64,000 bases of DNA from Chlamydiia bacterium (GTDB taxonomy: Bacteria; Chlamydiota; Chlamydiia; Chlamydiales; RGXB01): the NCBI GenBank assembly GCA_040382515.1, contig JBEIFH010000001.1, forward strand, positions 64,001-128,000, given 5' to 3'. The translations under genes were made by a program, and so were the position numbers. Every line of letters starts with the position of its first letter. Position 1 is the stretch's first letter. Under the pieces are notes generated by a model. That model did no database searches, was not told the DNA's origin, and was given only the letters and a program-made list of their open reading frames with translations. This document shows, in pieces, positions 19,574 through 29,244 of this stretch.

Positions 19574-20539
19574 TTAGGCACGCTCCACGATTTTTTTGAA
19601 ATGAGTACAACCTGCATCTTGTGGGTGGATGCGTCTCTTCTCATCAATCTGGGAGCGACTGTCAAGAATCTTTTTTATTTCGATGATCTCTCTTTGTCTG
19701 TCTTTGACCTCGAAAAACTCCTGAGCAATAGTCAGAAGTTCCACAAAATCGGCCTCGTCTTTTGAAATATCCACCGTATGGGAAAGCAGTTGGAAAAAGC
19801 GGTCGCTCTCCTCTTCTTTCAAAAGATGGAGTACCTCTAAAGAGAATTCAAAATCTTTTGTCTCACTTGCCGAATCGACAAGATTTTCAAGCCGGATTTC
19901 GTCATTCCCTTTAAGGTAGAATTCTAACAGTGAAAACCAGTAGGGCTTGGTGAGATAGTCAAAAAACAACTCTATAAATTCTTGCGCAAGGACCTCCTCG
20001 GAACGGTCTATGAGATCCGCAATAAAATCATAAAGGAACCCCTCCAGGTCGTAGGCAAAATATCGGGATACTCTCTCAAGGATTTCGGCCGGATTTTTGA
20101 CATTTGCAAGATTTTCTCTCAAAATATGATGCAATTGATGTAGATGGGTAACAATCTCGGACCAGTTTTTTCCTGAAGTCGCTTCATAGGTGTGGATGCA
20201 GCTATCCAAAAGATCGGCAAAAACCGAGAGGCTCCCCTTATCAGAAGCTTTCCTTTTAAATAACTCAAAAAGAATCAGGTAAACGGCCTCCACTTTTTCG
20301 GGGGAGTCTGTTTCTAAGGTAACAGCTTCCAGAAAATCTTCGGGGGTTTCGATCTCTTCCAAATATTTATTTAGATTCTTCCCGGTGACCGGCACTCTCA
20401 TTTCCTCTAAACGTTTAAAAAGATCCGCATCGGAAACATAAGAAAGGTCTTCAACCATCCACTTTTCATGGGGCGTGGACGGGTCCCAAACAACCTGGGC
20501 TTTTAAAAGGTTATAGTGTGCTTTGATCTCTTTTTTCAT
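19574..20539 (-). CDS. Hypothetical acidic helical protein
   Basis: 321-aa ORF filling the gap and ending near a terminator; no motif recognised. Confidence 0.7.
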   Translation of the reverse strand: MKKEIKAHYNLLKAQVVWDPSTPHEKWMVEDLSYVSDADLFKRLEEMRVPVTGKNLNKYLEEIETPEDFLEAVTLETDSPEKVEAVYLILFELFKRKASDKGSLSVFADLLDSCIHTYEATSGKNWSEIVTHLHQLHHILRENLANVKNPAEILERVSRYFAYDLEGFLYDFIADLIDRSEEVLAQEFIELFFDYLTKPYWFSLLEFYLKGNDEIRLENLVDSASETKDFEFSLEVLHLLKEEESDRFFQLLSHTVDISKDEADFVELLTIAQEFFEVKDRQREIIEIKKILDSRSQIDEKRRIHPQDAGCTHFKKIVERA

Positions 20540-20587
20540 TCTATCTTTTGGTTAATCTCTCAAGTAGGCTATGATATTAACGATTCA

Positions 20588-20974
20588 GTGAAAAAGATCA
20601 AACGAAAATCCTTCCTGCTAGTAGAAGTCCTGATAGCCTTTTTGCTCGTAGCCCTCCTCCTTTCCTCATTGGTGCAAGTACCAAGCTCTCTTTATAAATC
20701 ATTGAAAATGAATCAAAAAAAACTCCATTTTTATCTGGAAAGAAAAATTTTTATCCACGATCTCATGCTCCATTTAGATCAAAAAAAAACCCTAAAAAAT
20801 GGGGAGACCATTCAGTTAAATAAAAAAAATTTTAGCCTCAGAGAAGGGCATATTTTTTTCAACCTGGACCCCGAGGACACCTTTTGCAAGCTAAAAATTT
20901 TTTTACACCTGATATCCGAAGATGGGGTTGAGGACGAAAGCGAAGCGACCTTGGTTGTTAAAACAAAAAAATAG
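20588..20974 (+). CDS. Type II secretion pseudopilin-like protein
   Basis: Prepilin-like leader KRKS/FLLVEVLIAFLLV. Start set to GTG 20588. Confidence 0.7.
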   Translation: MKKIKRKSFLLVEVLIAFLLVALLLSSLVQVPSSLYKSLKMNQKKLHFYLERKIFIHDLMLHLDQKKTLKNGETIQLNKKNFSLREGHIFFNLDPEDTFCKLKIFLHLISEDGVEDESEATLVVKTKK

Positions 20975-21109
20975 CCGGCTTAAAATCCACCCTAAAATTT
21001 TTGAAAAAACCGCTCAAGGTTTCTAGACCAACTTATTTGGATCTAAAGTGTAAGTTATTATCTCAAATAGCTTTGCAAATAAGCCCACTATTGATCTATG
21101 TAAGACATT

Positions 21110-22954
21110 ATGGAAGAACCTACATTTAAACCTTACATAAGTCCTGAACGGTCTACAAAAGAATTCACCCTGCGCGCGACAATACTTGGTGTCATTCTGG
21201 GATTTATTTTTGCGGTCGGAAACGCTTATTTAGGCCTTAAGATTGGTATGACCATATCGGCCTCGATCCCCGCAGCCGTTTTTTCCATGACCATCATGAA
21301 GCTTTTTTTTAAAGATGGGTTTATTTTAGAACACAATCTGGTGCAAACTATGGCCTCGGTTGGTGAGGCCGTCGCCGCCAGCGTGATCTTTGTTTTCCCC
21401 GCCTTTTTCTTTTTAGGGCTTACAATATCCTCGTTTGAAATCTTCCTTTTAATACTGATAGGAGGGATCACAGGTATCCTCTTCATGATTCCCATGAGAC
21501 GTTACATTATCGTCAAAGAGCACGGTAAGCTCTCTTTTCCGGAAGGGACTGCCTGTGCACAAATCCTGCGGGCGGGAGAAGAAAAAGAACATGATGGGGC
21601 CCTTTTGGCGGGAGCCGGTATTGCTATCGGGGCAATTTTCAAATTTTTTGTTTCCGGCATTCGGCTATTTCAGGAAAACATCAGGTTCGAGATTTTCAAA
21701 CCAAACGGCCTACTCTCTTTTGAGGCGACCCCCTCACTGGTTGGTGTCGGGTATATCATCGGGCCGCGGATTGCCGGTTTTATGTTTGCAGGCGGGTTGA
21801 TGGGTTGGTGGATCTTGATCCCCCTTATCACCACATTCGGCGGTAATAAGATCATCTACCCGGCGGACGTTGGGGTGAACATGTTAGGTCCGGAAGGGAT
21901 TTGGAGTAATTATATCCGTTACGTGGGTGCCGGCACGGTTGCTATCGGAGGACTATTTAGTCTGGTAAAAATTGCCCCGATTGCTGTCCGTACTTTATGC
22001 GAGGGTTTCAAGGATATTTTTAAGGGACTAAAGCACGATGCCGCTATTGTCCGTACCGATCGGGATATCCCGATAGGATTTCTCCTACTAGGCTCTATTG
22101 TCTCTATGTTCCTTATTTGGGCGCTCCCCCAATTTGGAATGAACGTGACGGCGACGGTTCTTACCGTGCTCCTCTCTTTCTTTTTTGTTGGGGTAGTTTC
22201 GATCACAGTGGGATTGGTTGGAAGCTCAACAAATCCCACGTCCGGGATGCTCATCACCTCTTTACTGATTAGTTGCACTCTTTTCTTTCTTCTTGGCTGG
22301 ACTGAAAAAATTTACCTTTCGATGAGCCTTACAATCGTAGCTTTCATCAGCGTTGCGATCTGCCTTGCTTCAGCGACATCCCAGGACTTAAAAACCGGTT
22401 TTCTTCTCGGCGCTACCCCAGCAAAACTGCAGCTTGCCGAAATGGTCGCCCTAATTTTGCCCGCTCTTATCATGGGTTCCGTCCTGAATCTTTTAAATGG
22501 GGCTTATGGACTGGGCTCTGCGGATCTTCCTGCCCCCCAAGCAACTCTTCTATCTATCATTGCAAAAGGGATTCTTAAAGGGGAACTCCCCTATATTTTT
22601 GTGATGATCGGCGTATTTTTGGGCTTGATTTTGGCATTTTTGAAGCTTCCGATCCTCCCCTTTGCGATAGGCCTATATCTCCCGCTTGATTTGTCCACAA
22701 CAATCATGGTAGGCGGATCTATTCGTGCTATCACAGAGCATTTTAAACGCTCGCCCCATAAGGGAATTTTAGCTGCATCGGGGCTTGTGGCGGGGGATGC
22801 CTGCATGGGTGTTCTGATTGCATTGTTCACTATAACAAACCTTTTGCCTGAAAATCCAATCGCCGTTTTTAACCAGGGGGCAAGCTTGGTCGCCCTTGCT
22901 TTTATCGCAGTTCTTCTTGGCTTGATGGCGATGCGTGGAGATAAAACACCGTAG
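21110..22954 (+). CDS. OPT family oligopeptide transporter
   Basis: EFTLRA, AYLGLKIGMTISASIPAA, FPEGTACA, SQDLKTGFLLGATP, APQATL. Confidence 0.95.
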   Translation: MEEPTFKPYISPERSTKEFTLRATILGVILGFIFAVGNAYLGLKIGMTISASIPAAVFSMTIMKLFFKDGFILEHNLVQTMASVGEAVAASVIFVFPAFFFLGLTISSFEIFLLILIGGITGILFMIPMRRYIIVKEHGKLSFPEGTACAQILRAGEEKEHDGALLAGAGIAIGAIFKFFVSGIRLFQENIRFEIFKPNGLLSFEATPSLVGVGYIIGPRIAGFMFAGGLMGWWILIPLITTFGGNKIIYPADVGVNMLGPEGIWSNYIRYVGAGTVAIGGLFSLVKIAPIAVRTLCEGFKDIFKGLKHDAAIVRTDRDIPIGFLLLGSIVSMFLIWALPQFGMNVTATVLTVLLSFFFVGVVSITVGLVGSSTNPTSGMLITSLLISCTLFFLLGWTEKIYLSMSLTIVAFISVAICLASATSQDLKTGFLLGATPAKLQLAEMVALILPALIMGSVLNLLNGAYGLGSADLPAPQATLLSIIAKGILKGELPYIFVMIGVFLGLILAFLKLPILPFAIGLYLPLDLSTTIMVGGSIRAITEHFKRSPHKGILAASGLVAGDACMGVLIALFTITNLLPENPIAVFNQGASLVALAFIAVLLGLMAMRGDKTP

Positions 22955-23107
22955 CGCCCACATTTTCTTGTTTGTCCTAAAAGCATAAGGGCGCCTATTA
23001 ACGGTTTATCAGGCTTGAAAAGCACCTAAAATTTTGGTTTTCTTTCGCCTGTTTTAAGCAAAAAATTGTGGGAAAATGGTTCGATTCGATCTATACTTAT
23101 TAGCCTG

Positions 23108-23695
23108 ATGGAATTTAAGACAAAATCCAAAAAAGGATTTAGCCTTGTAGAGGCCCTCATCTCCCTGCTCCTTTGCGGCACGATCATCTATGTTTTATCA
23201 AACTGGATCTGTTTTTTCAGTTTTTCATCAAAAAACGTGGAAAAGACCCTTTCTACATCGACAGAGCAAAACATCGTTTCATTGCAAAGAATGGCCCGTT
23301 TGATCGATTTTGTTGCGTCCCCTATCGAACTAGACTCTACTACCCTTAAATTTGCCTATTCCCCTTTAGGTCTAGAAGCAAAAGCCCACCCTTTGATCTT
23401 TGTGAAAATAACCGAACGCGATGCAGATCTTGTTTTAGAAAAGACCGATTCGGAAAACCAGATTTTGGAGAGCTTTGTTTTGATTGAAAAAGGGGGCAAC
23501 TTTTCGATTGGCCTTTTAGGGTTTCTTTTTCAAGAGAATAAAAAAACTTTTGTAGAAGTCGACACCTTAAGACCTAATCAAAATTTTATCCCTTATGCTT
23601 TCCGTTTCAAATCTCACAAAACCTCCTTTGACGTGAGCCTTCCCATACTCATCGATGAGTCCAGCGCTCTATCCCTTCATTTGGCACCTACTTGA
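23108..23695 (+). CDS. Type II secretion pseudopilin-like protein (prepilin N-methylation motif)
   Basis: KKG/FSLVEALISLLL. Start set to ATG 23108. Confidence 0.75.
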   Translation: MEFKTKSKKGFSLVEALISLLLCGTIIYVLSNWICFFSFSSKNVEKTLSTSTEQNIVSLQRMARLIDFVASPIELDSTTLKFAYSPLGLEAKAHPLIFVKITERDADLVLEKTDSENQILESFVLIEKGGNFSIGLLGFLFQENKKTFVEVDTLRPNQNFIPYAFRFKSHKTSFDVSLPILIDESSALSLHLAPT

Positions 23696-23705
23696 GGTAA
23701 ATGCT

Positions 23706-24641
23706 ATGCAGTTGATCCCATTTGTCCTATCCGTTTTCTTCATTCTCTCGATGCTGGCGCTCACACTGCAAAAAGAGGTGCGCCAAATGGTCCATTTTCA
23801 AGGGCGCGTTCAAGAGCACCTTTCGATAGACCAGGAATTTCTCAACGCTTCGGTGGATAGTTTTTTTGATTCTCTCCCACAGAAGAAAAAAAAGGGGGGG
23901 AAAGGTTCGTCAGGGGTCATAAAAACATTCCAAAATCATCGTCAAAAGGGGGTTCTTTTAAATGCGAGGCTCTACATAAAACCCCTTTTTTTAAAAAATG
24001 AACCGGTACTAAAAGAGGTGGCCTTCAAATTTCTTACCTCTTTATACCCAAGCTCCCTTGGGTTTGATCCAGAATCTCTACTGGAGGAAATTTTAGAAAA
24101 GGGATCCCTTCTGATCAAAGAACAGCCGGATATAGCCACCTTTTCGGTCTATGATCTACCGAACCCCTCCAGTCAACTCCTTAAAGCTCTTGAAGGGACT
24201 TGCGGCTATTGTTTTGGGAAAAAAAATGCCTATCCCCCATTAGGGGACTATTTAGAGCTCTATCATAAATCCCAAAGAAGCCCCATTTCGTCTACCTACG
24301 CCTCCCTTCCCCTTCTCACCGCAATTTTTGGTTGTGACGGAGCTCAAAAAGTTCTTGAGGAGGAGTCGAGACGATTTTTGGAATCGGATGGGAACTCCCC
24401 TTACTGCAACACTAAAGATCTAAAAGAGCTTTTTTCAACAAATCCTAAACAAGACCCGCGTGTATTCCAACTTCTATCGGATGGGCTCTTAAAGAGGAAT
24501 GCTAGCGATGGGGTGGAGCTAATCGTATTAGATCCTAAACTGCACCTTGAGGCTCGCGGTACGCTGCGTACATATCCGCTAAAGAAATCTGCTGCAATAA
24601 AGGAAGTTCCATCACAAATTCGGTCCACTCCTGGTGTTTAG
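23706..24641 (+). CDS. Membrane-anchored hypothetical protein, possibly GspK-like minor pseudopilin
   Basis: N-terminal TM; follows the pseudopilin gene; PISSTYASLPLLTAIFG resembles the GspK helical motif. Confidence 0.55.
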   Translation: MQLIPFVLSVFFILSMLALTLQKEVRQMVHFQGRVQEHLSIDQEFLNASVDSFFDSLPQKKKKGGKGSSGVIKTFQNHRQKGVLLNARLYIKPLFLKNEPVLKEVAFKFLTSLYPSSLGFDPESLLEEILEKGSLLIKEQPDIATFSVYDLPNPSSQLLKALEGTCGYCFGKKNAYPPLGDYLELYHKSQRSPISSTYASLPLLTAIFGCDGAQKVLEEESRRFLESDGNSPYCNTKDLKELFSTNPKQDPRVFQLLSDGLLKRNASDGVELIVLDPKLHLEARGTLRTYPLKKSAAIKEVPSQIRSTPGV

Positions 24642-25392
24642 AATCCACCTTGATTGTCCCTTTATGATTTTCAACGATCTTTTTGACGATAGATAAACCC
24701 AATCCGGCACCCCCCAAACGGCGAGAGTGGGTCTTATCGACAGTATAAAACCGGTCAAAAAGGTGGGGTAGATCTTTTTGAGGAATCCCCATCCCCTCAT
24801 CTTTGACCCGAATCTTACAGCTAGTTTCGGTTACCTCTAGCCGGATCACGATCCTTGGCAATCCTTTGGAGTATTTCACAGCATTTTCCAACAGATTTCT
24901 CAATGCAAGTTCCAGCAAATCGGTGTTGGCCCAAATCCGAATCTTTTCATCCTTAAGGTATGTTTCGATCGTCGCTTGTTGGTGTAAAGAGATCAGGTTG
25001 TAACTCACCTCATCTACGATTTGAACCAGATCGCAATCTTCAAACCCCCCTTTCGGGCAGTTTTCAAGATCCGCAAGAATAAGAAGACTCTTTACTAAAG
25101 ACTCCATCCTCTCGCAGCTTCTTAACATCTTTGTTAAAATCTCATTGAAAAGGTCCTGCGAGATTTCAGGCATATCGCGCATCGTCTCCAAAAATCCTTT
25201 GATGATCGTGATCGGAGTGCGTAGTTCATGAGAGGCATTTGCTACAAAATCGCGCCCCACATCGAGTCGCTCCTGCCTTAAGACCATCCCCTCTTCTTTT
25301 CGTTGCATTAAAGACATCTTGAGCTGACGTCGAAGGTAAAAAGCCCAAGAAATACTTAAGCTACAGGCAACAGCTAAAAAAAAAGTGACCAT
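24535..25392 (-). CDS. Sensor histidine kinase (PhoR-like) with single TM and no evident sensor domain
   Basis: DFVANASHELRTP, NLLENAVKY, DEGMGI, FDRFY, GAGLGLSIVK. Confidence 0.93.
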   Translation of the reverse strand: MVTFFLAVACSLSISWAFYLRRQLKMSLMQRKEEGMVLRQERLDVGRDFVANASHELRTPITIIKGFLETMRDMPEISQDLFNEILTKMLRSCERMESLVKSLLILADLENCPKGGFEDCDLVQIVDEVSYNLISLHQQATIETYLKDEKIRIWANTDLLELALRNLLENAVKYSKGLPRIVIRLEVTETSCKIRVKDEGMGIPQKDLPHLFDRFYTVDKTHSRRLGGAGLGLSIVKKIVENHKGTIKVDSKHQEWTEFVMELPLLQQISLADMYAAYREPQGAV

Positions 25393-25635
25393 ACGTGCGT
25401 ATTATACCAAGTAGAATTCTGTCGAAACTTTATTGGATCATTAATATACCATTTTTGGCATCTTTTTTCTTAAAAATTTCAGAACGTTTCTAGAAATAGT
25501 CTAGAGGGGATTTTTTGCCAAAAAAGTGCAGTAAAAAATAGATCGTTTTATCGATCCAAGCAAGTTTCCAAAAAGGGTCTATTAGATAAAATAGGTTCCG
25601 TGAAATGTTTTTTTAAAGACTCCTTCTACATTTTC

Positions 25636-28146
25636 CTATGAAATGTGTACCTTGTAGAGCGTGTAAGGTTGTGAAACGCCTTGAAATGTCCTCTCCCCCA
25701 TACAATCTGCAACGACCTGCCCCACGACGTTGTCATAGACATTTGTGGTGATCCAAATTTCCCCCTCGTTTGCCTCATCGCAAACCCTGGAGGTCACATT
25801 CACAGCCGAACCGATAACGGTAAATTCACTGTGGTCTTCAGACCCCATGATACCCTCGGTAACTTTAGCATAATGGATCCCTATCCCTGCCTCTAGGACA
25901 ACTTTGAACTCTTTTTTTCGGATTTCGTTAAGCTCTTTTATCCGGCTCTGAATTTCTATAGCTGCCCTCACAGCTTTTAATGGCCCTTCGGGATGCTCAT
26001 CAGGGACACCCCATAGCGCAAGGACGGCATCCCCTTCAAATTTATCGATCATCCCGCCATGTTTTTTTAAAATATGGACAATCTCATTAAAATAGGTGTT
26101 GAGCATCAAAACCATCTGATCTGCGGGCATCATTTCGGTCTTTGAGGTAAATTTTCTGAAATCAAAAAAGAAAATAGTTGCAAGCACCTGTTTGCCATGG
26201 AGCGAATTTTCGTCAGAAAGGAGCTTATCGGCAATTTCGGGGGCTAAAAACTTATGCAGAACGTTTCTTGTCCGCTCCCCCTCCCGAATCCGCTTTACCA
26301 TAGCTTCGAAATTGGTAAAAAGCGATCTTAGTTCATCCGGCTCATTTTCATAAGACCCCTGAAATACAAACTCTTTTTCATTACCGCTACCCACCGACTG
26401 CACCGCATCTGCAAGTGAAGAGAGCGGTTTTAGTACGGAGCGGAGCAAATACCACAAAAGAGCAACGATCGTAATCGATAATAGAACACCAAAAATGTAC
26501 ATCTCTTCGGTCAAAGAGCGAAGAAGGTTCTTTATGTCGCGTGCCAAGCCCTGTAAAATCTGTATCTCACTACTTCGCAATTTAAAGACAAATAGATCCA
26601 TGTCCATATCTTCATAGGGTTGAATCCTGAAGAAAATATACTCGTTTCCGAGGGCGTCAGTTGTGACTCCATTGGATACTTTTTTGATTTTTTGGATAAT
26701 ATCGGTGCTAAGCATGATTTTATTCTCTACAGATCCGTCAGGCTTGTAGGCCCTCAAGACCTGATCATTGACGATCAAAAATATCGACTCCTGCGTCGCA
26801 ACGGCAACTTTTTGTAAGAATTTAGAGGCATCAATCCCCAGCATGATGCCACCGGAGAGGTTTTTGTTGGTCTTCGGATCCAGATAATTGAGCTGCAATC
26901 TATTTCCGATATACAATCTGCTGTCGGTAGGATGGTAAATAATCCCCACTCCCCCATTCAACTTCTCCAAATCGTTATCAAATCCGCCGCTGATACCTGT
27001 AGGATCAAAGAGCTTGAAAGGAATATCCGGAGATAGCTCTTCCCAAATAAACCCAAACCCTTTTGGGGAATCCCCTTGCAACCTGGCAAAACCGTCCGGT
27101 GCAGACGGGGCCATCGGATCATCGCCGAAAATCCCCGATAAAAAAAGGGTGCTGAACTGCCAAATAAACCGTTGCAAATCCCAATTCCTGCTCATCTCCT
27201 CATAACGGACCGGTATTATATCCTGATTATCTAAAGAATCCTCGGAGATACGCTCTAGTTTTTCATAGATCGTTTCCCCTTTCTTGATCTGAGATCTCAA
27301 CGGATCCAGTTTATTTTTAAGCCATGTGGAGGCATCCGGAGAATCTAAAATTTGGTAAAGCTCTTTCGATTCGTTCGTCAATAAAGCGTTATGAATCTTT
27401 TTTAAACTCTCTATCGTTGTCTGGCAAATAGCTTGAAAACTAGGGTCATTTTTTACCCAAACGCTGATTTGCACCGGTTTGATCGGATTTTCAAATACGG
27501 TAGCTTTCAGATTGGATACATCCAGATTGAGTATGTCTTTCGGATTGAATAAAAGCCAAAAAGAGGCACCCTCCGGTTGCTCACCTAGCCCTGGAATATT
27601 GAAAGAGCTGTAGTTGACTTCAGACCCCATCCAAACGGGAATCCCGATAAACGGCCCCAAAACGTTTCCTTGAGAGTCATATTTTGCGAAGATCTCAACA
27701 CCTGGAGCCCCTGTAAAATGCCAAAAACCGTCTACGTAGGGGGGTTGCATCGCAAAAAGAGAGGCAATTTTATCCTCGTTTTCGACCTGGATAAACTCCA
27801 CCCACGGATTCAATAAAATTGTGGAGGCAGAGGCAAACCACGATCCTTTGGCATAATTTTCCGGTGTTGGGATAAATTGCCCTTTGACGTATTCATACTG
27901 ATTGATTTTCATCAACAGCATGTTTGTCCGTACCTGGGTATCAGAAAGGACCGAACGCAAGTAGCGCTCTAGATTTTCCTTCTTCTCCTCATTTTGCCGG
28001 ATAATCTCTTGTTCAACATTTGTTTCTGCCTTCCCGAGTTTTCTGGAGATTGTGAGCTGTTGGACCACGATATAGGTAACAAAGCCCACAACGCAGACAA
28101 GGCTTACCAATGAGAGTATTTTTACCCTTAGACGCATAGCATACAT
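25636..28146 (-). CDS. Class III adenylate cyclase with large extracytoplasmic domain and HAMP linker
   Basis: Two TMs, HAMP (KPLSSL...DELRSL..NF), FFDFRKFT, IDKFEGDA, GIGIH, FTVIGSAVNVTSR. Confidence 0.9.
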   Translation of the reverse strand: MYAMRLRVKILSLVSLVCVVGFVTYIVVQQLTISRKLGKAETNVEQEIIRQNEEKKENLERYLRSVLSDTQVRTNMLLMKINQYEYVKGQFIPTPENYAKGSWFASASTILLNPWVEFIQVENEDKIASLFAMQPPYVDGFWHFTGAPGVEIFAKYDSQGNVLGPFIGIPVWMGSEVNYSSFNIPGLGEQPEGASFWLLFNPKDILNLDVSNLKATVFENPIKPVQISVWVKNDPSFQAICQTTIESLKKIHNALLTNESKELYQILDSPDASTWLKNKLDPLRSQIKKGETIYEKLERISEDSLDNQDIIPVRYEEMSRNWDLQRFIWQFSTLFLSGIFGDDPMAPSAPDGFARLQGDSPKGFGFIWEELSPDIPFKLFDPTGISGGFDNDLEKLNGGVGIIYHPTDSRLYIGNRLQLNYLDPKTNKNLSGGIMLGIDASKFLQKVAVATQESIFLIVNDQVLRAYKPDGSVENKIMLSTDIIQKIKKVSNGVTTDALGNEYIFFRIQPYEDMDMDLFVFKLRSSEIQILQGLARDIKNLLRSLTEEMYIFGVLLSITIVALLWYLLRSVLKPLSSLADAVQSVGSGNEKEFVFQGSYENEPDELRSLFTNFEAMVKRIREGERTRNVLHKFLAPEIADKLLSDENSLHGKQVLATIFFFDFRKFTSKTEMMPADQMVLMLNTYFNEIVHILKKHGGMIDKFEGDAVLALWGVPDEHPEGPLKAVRAAIEIQSRIKELNEIRKKEFKVVLEAGIGIHYAKVTEGIMGSEDHSEFTVIGSAVNVTSRVCDEANEGEIWITTNVYDNVVGQVVADCMGERTFQGVSQPYTLYKVHIS

Positions 28147-28290
28147 TTACCAAAACATCTAAAAACTATACACCCAAAAAAGCTCATTTTCCGACTGGAT
28201 CTATCCACAAAGGCTTTTTTGACAAAAAATTTTAATTTTTTCGGCTTAACTTTAGCTCTATTGTAAAAATCGGTTTCAACGGCCTGTATC

Positions 28291-29244
28291 TCAAAAGAAA
28301 GATTCCAATCCGGTGAGAACCTCGCAACCTGTTTCTGTGATCTGCACCATACTTTCATATCTTGCACCCCCTATACCTGCCGTATAAAGCCCGGGTTCGA
28401 TTGTGATCACCATGTTAGGCAGCAGGATCCCCTTTTTATCGGATTTGAAAAATGGCCTCTCATGGACCTCCAAACCGATCCCGTGAGATAAAGAATGGTC
28501 TTTGAAAGGGATTTTATCCTTTACGATCCGGTCCAGGTCTTCCAAAGTGCACCCCGGTCTGCAAGCCTCAATAGCGAGATCGTGTGCCTCTTTTACCTCC
28601 TGAATGAAGGGGCTAGAGATCGTTCTTGTCATGTCCCCCATATAGTGTCCGACTTTTACCCCCAAATCCACCAAAACAGCCTCACCCTTTCTATATTTTC
28701 GATTGGTTGGGCGATGATGCACATGAGCGCTGTTGGATCCAAAAGCGATGATGGGGGTGAACGAAGGGTGTTTGACCAAGGTTTCAAGCTCCTCTTCGGT
28801 GACCCCTTCATGAATCGATTGAAGCACCATTTTCATCGTTTCTTTTGTTCGGTTAGCCGCTTTTTTTAATTCTTGGATCTCGTGGGGATCTTTGACCATG
28901 CGCAGTTCCTCGACAAGCATTTCGGACTTGAAATTGACCGATCGATTCTCATCGACAAGTTCCTGGTACCGGGTAAGGGTCAGGTGATCCCCCTCTACCG
29001 CAACAGTTTTATGATGTTTGAACCGCTCTTTTAAGGGTTCATCGCTTAAATGCAGTCCCCTCTCTTCAGCCGCAACTTTGTATCTGGAATCCAGATAGAG
29101 CCGGTACGACCCCTGTTCGACGACCAACATCCCAACGGAAAGTTCTATCCCCAAAAGATAAAAAATATTCACCGGCTTAGTGACCACAAAGCAATCGAAT
29201 CTCTTTTCCTGGAGCTTGTGATACAGCTTTTCTAACCTTTCCAT
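28291..29244 (-). CDS. pepP: Xaa-Pro aminopeptidase (M24B)
   Basis: VDLG...GDMTRT, HSLSHGIGLEVHE, TIEPGLY, GARYE. Start set to ATG 29244. Confidence 0.88.
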   Translation of the reverse strand: MERLEKLYHKLQEKRFDCFVVTKPVNIFYLLGIELSVGMLVVEQGSYRLYLDSRYKVAAEERGLHLSDEPLKERFKHHKTVAVEGDHLTLTRYQELVDENRSVNFKSEMLVEELRMVKDPHEIQELKKAANRTKETMKMVLQSIHEGVTEEELETLVKHPSFTPIIAFGSNSAHVHHRPTNRKYRKGEAVLVDLGVKVGHYMGDMTRTISSPFIQEVKEAHDLAIEACRPGCTLEDLDRIVKDKIPFKDHSLSHGIGLEVHERPFFKSDKKGILLPNMVITIEPGLYTAGIGGARYESMVQITETGCEVLTGLESFF

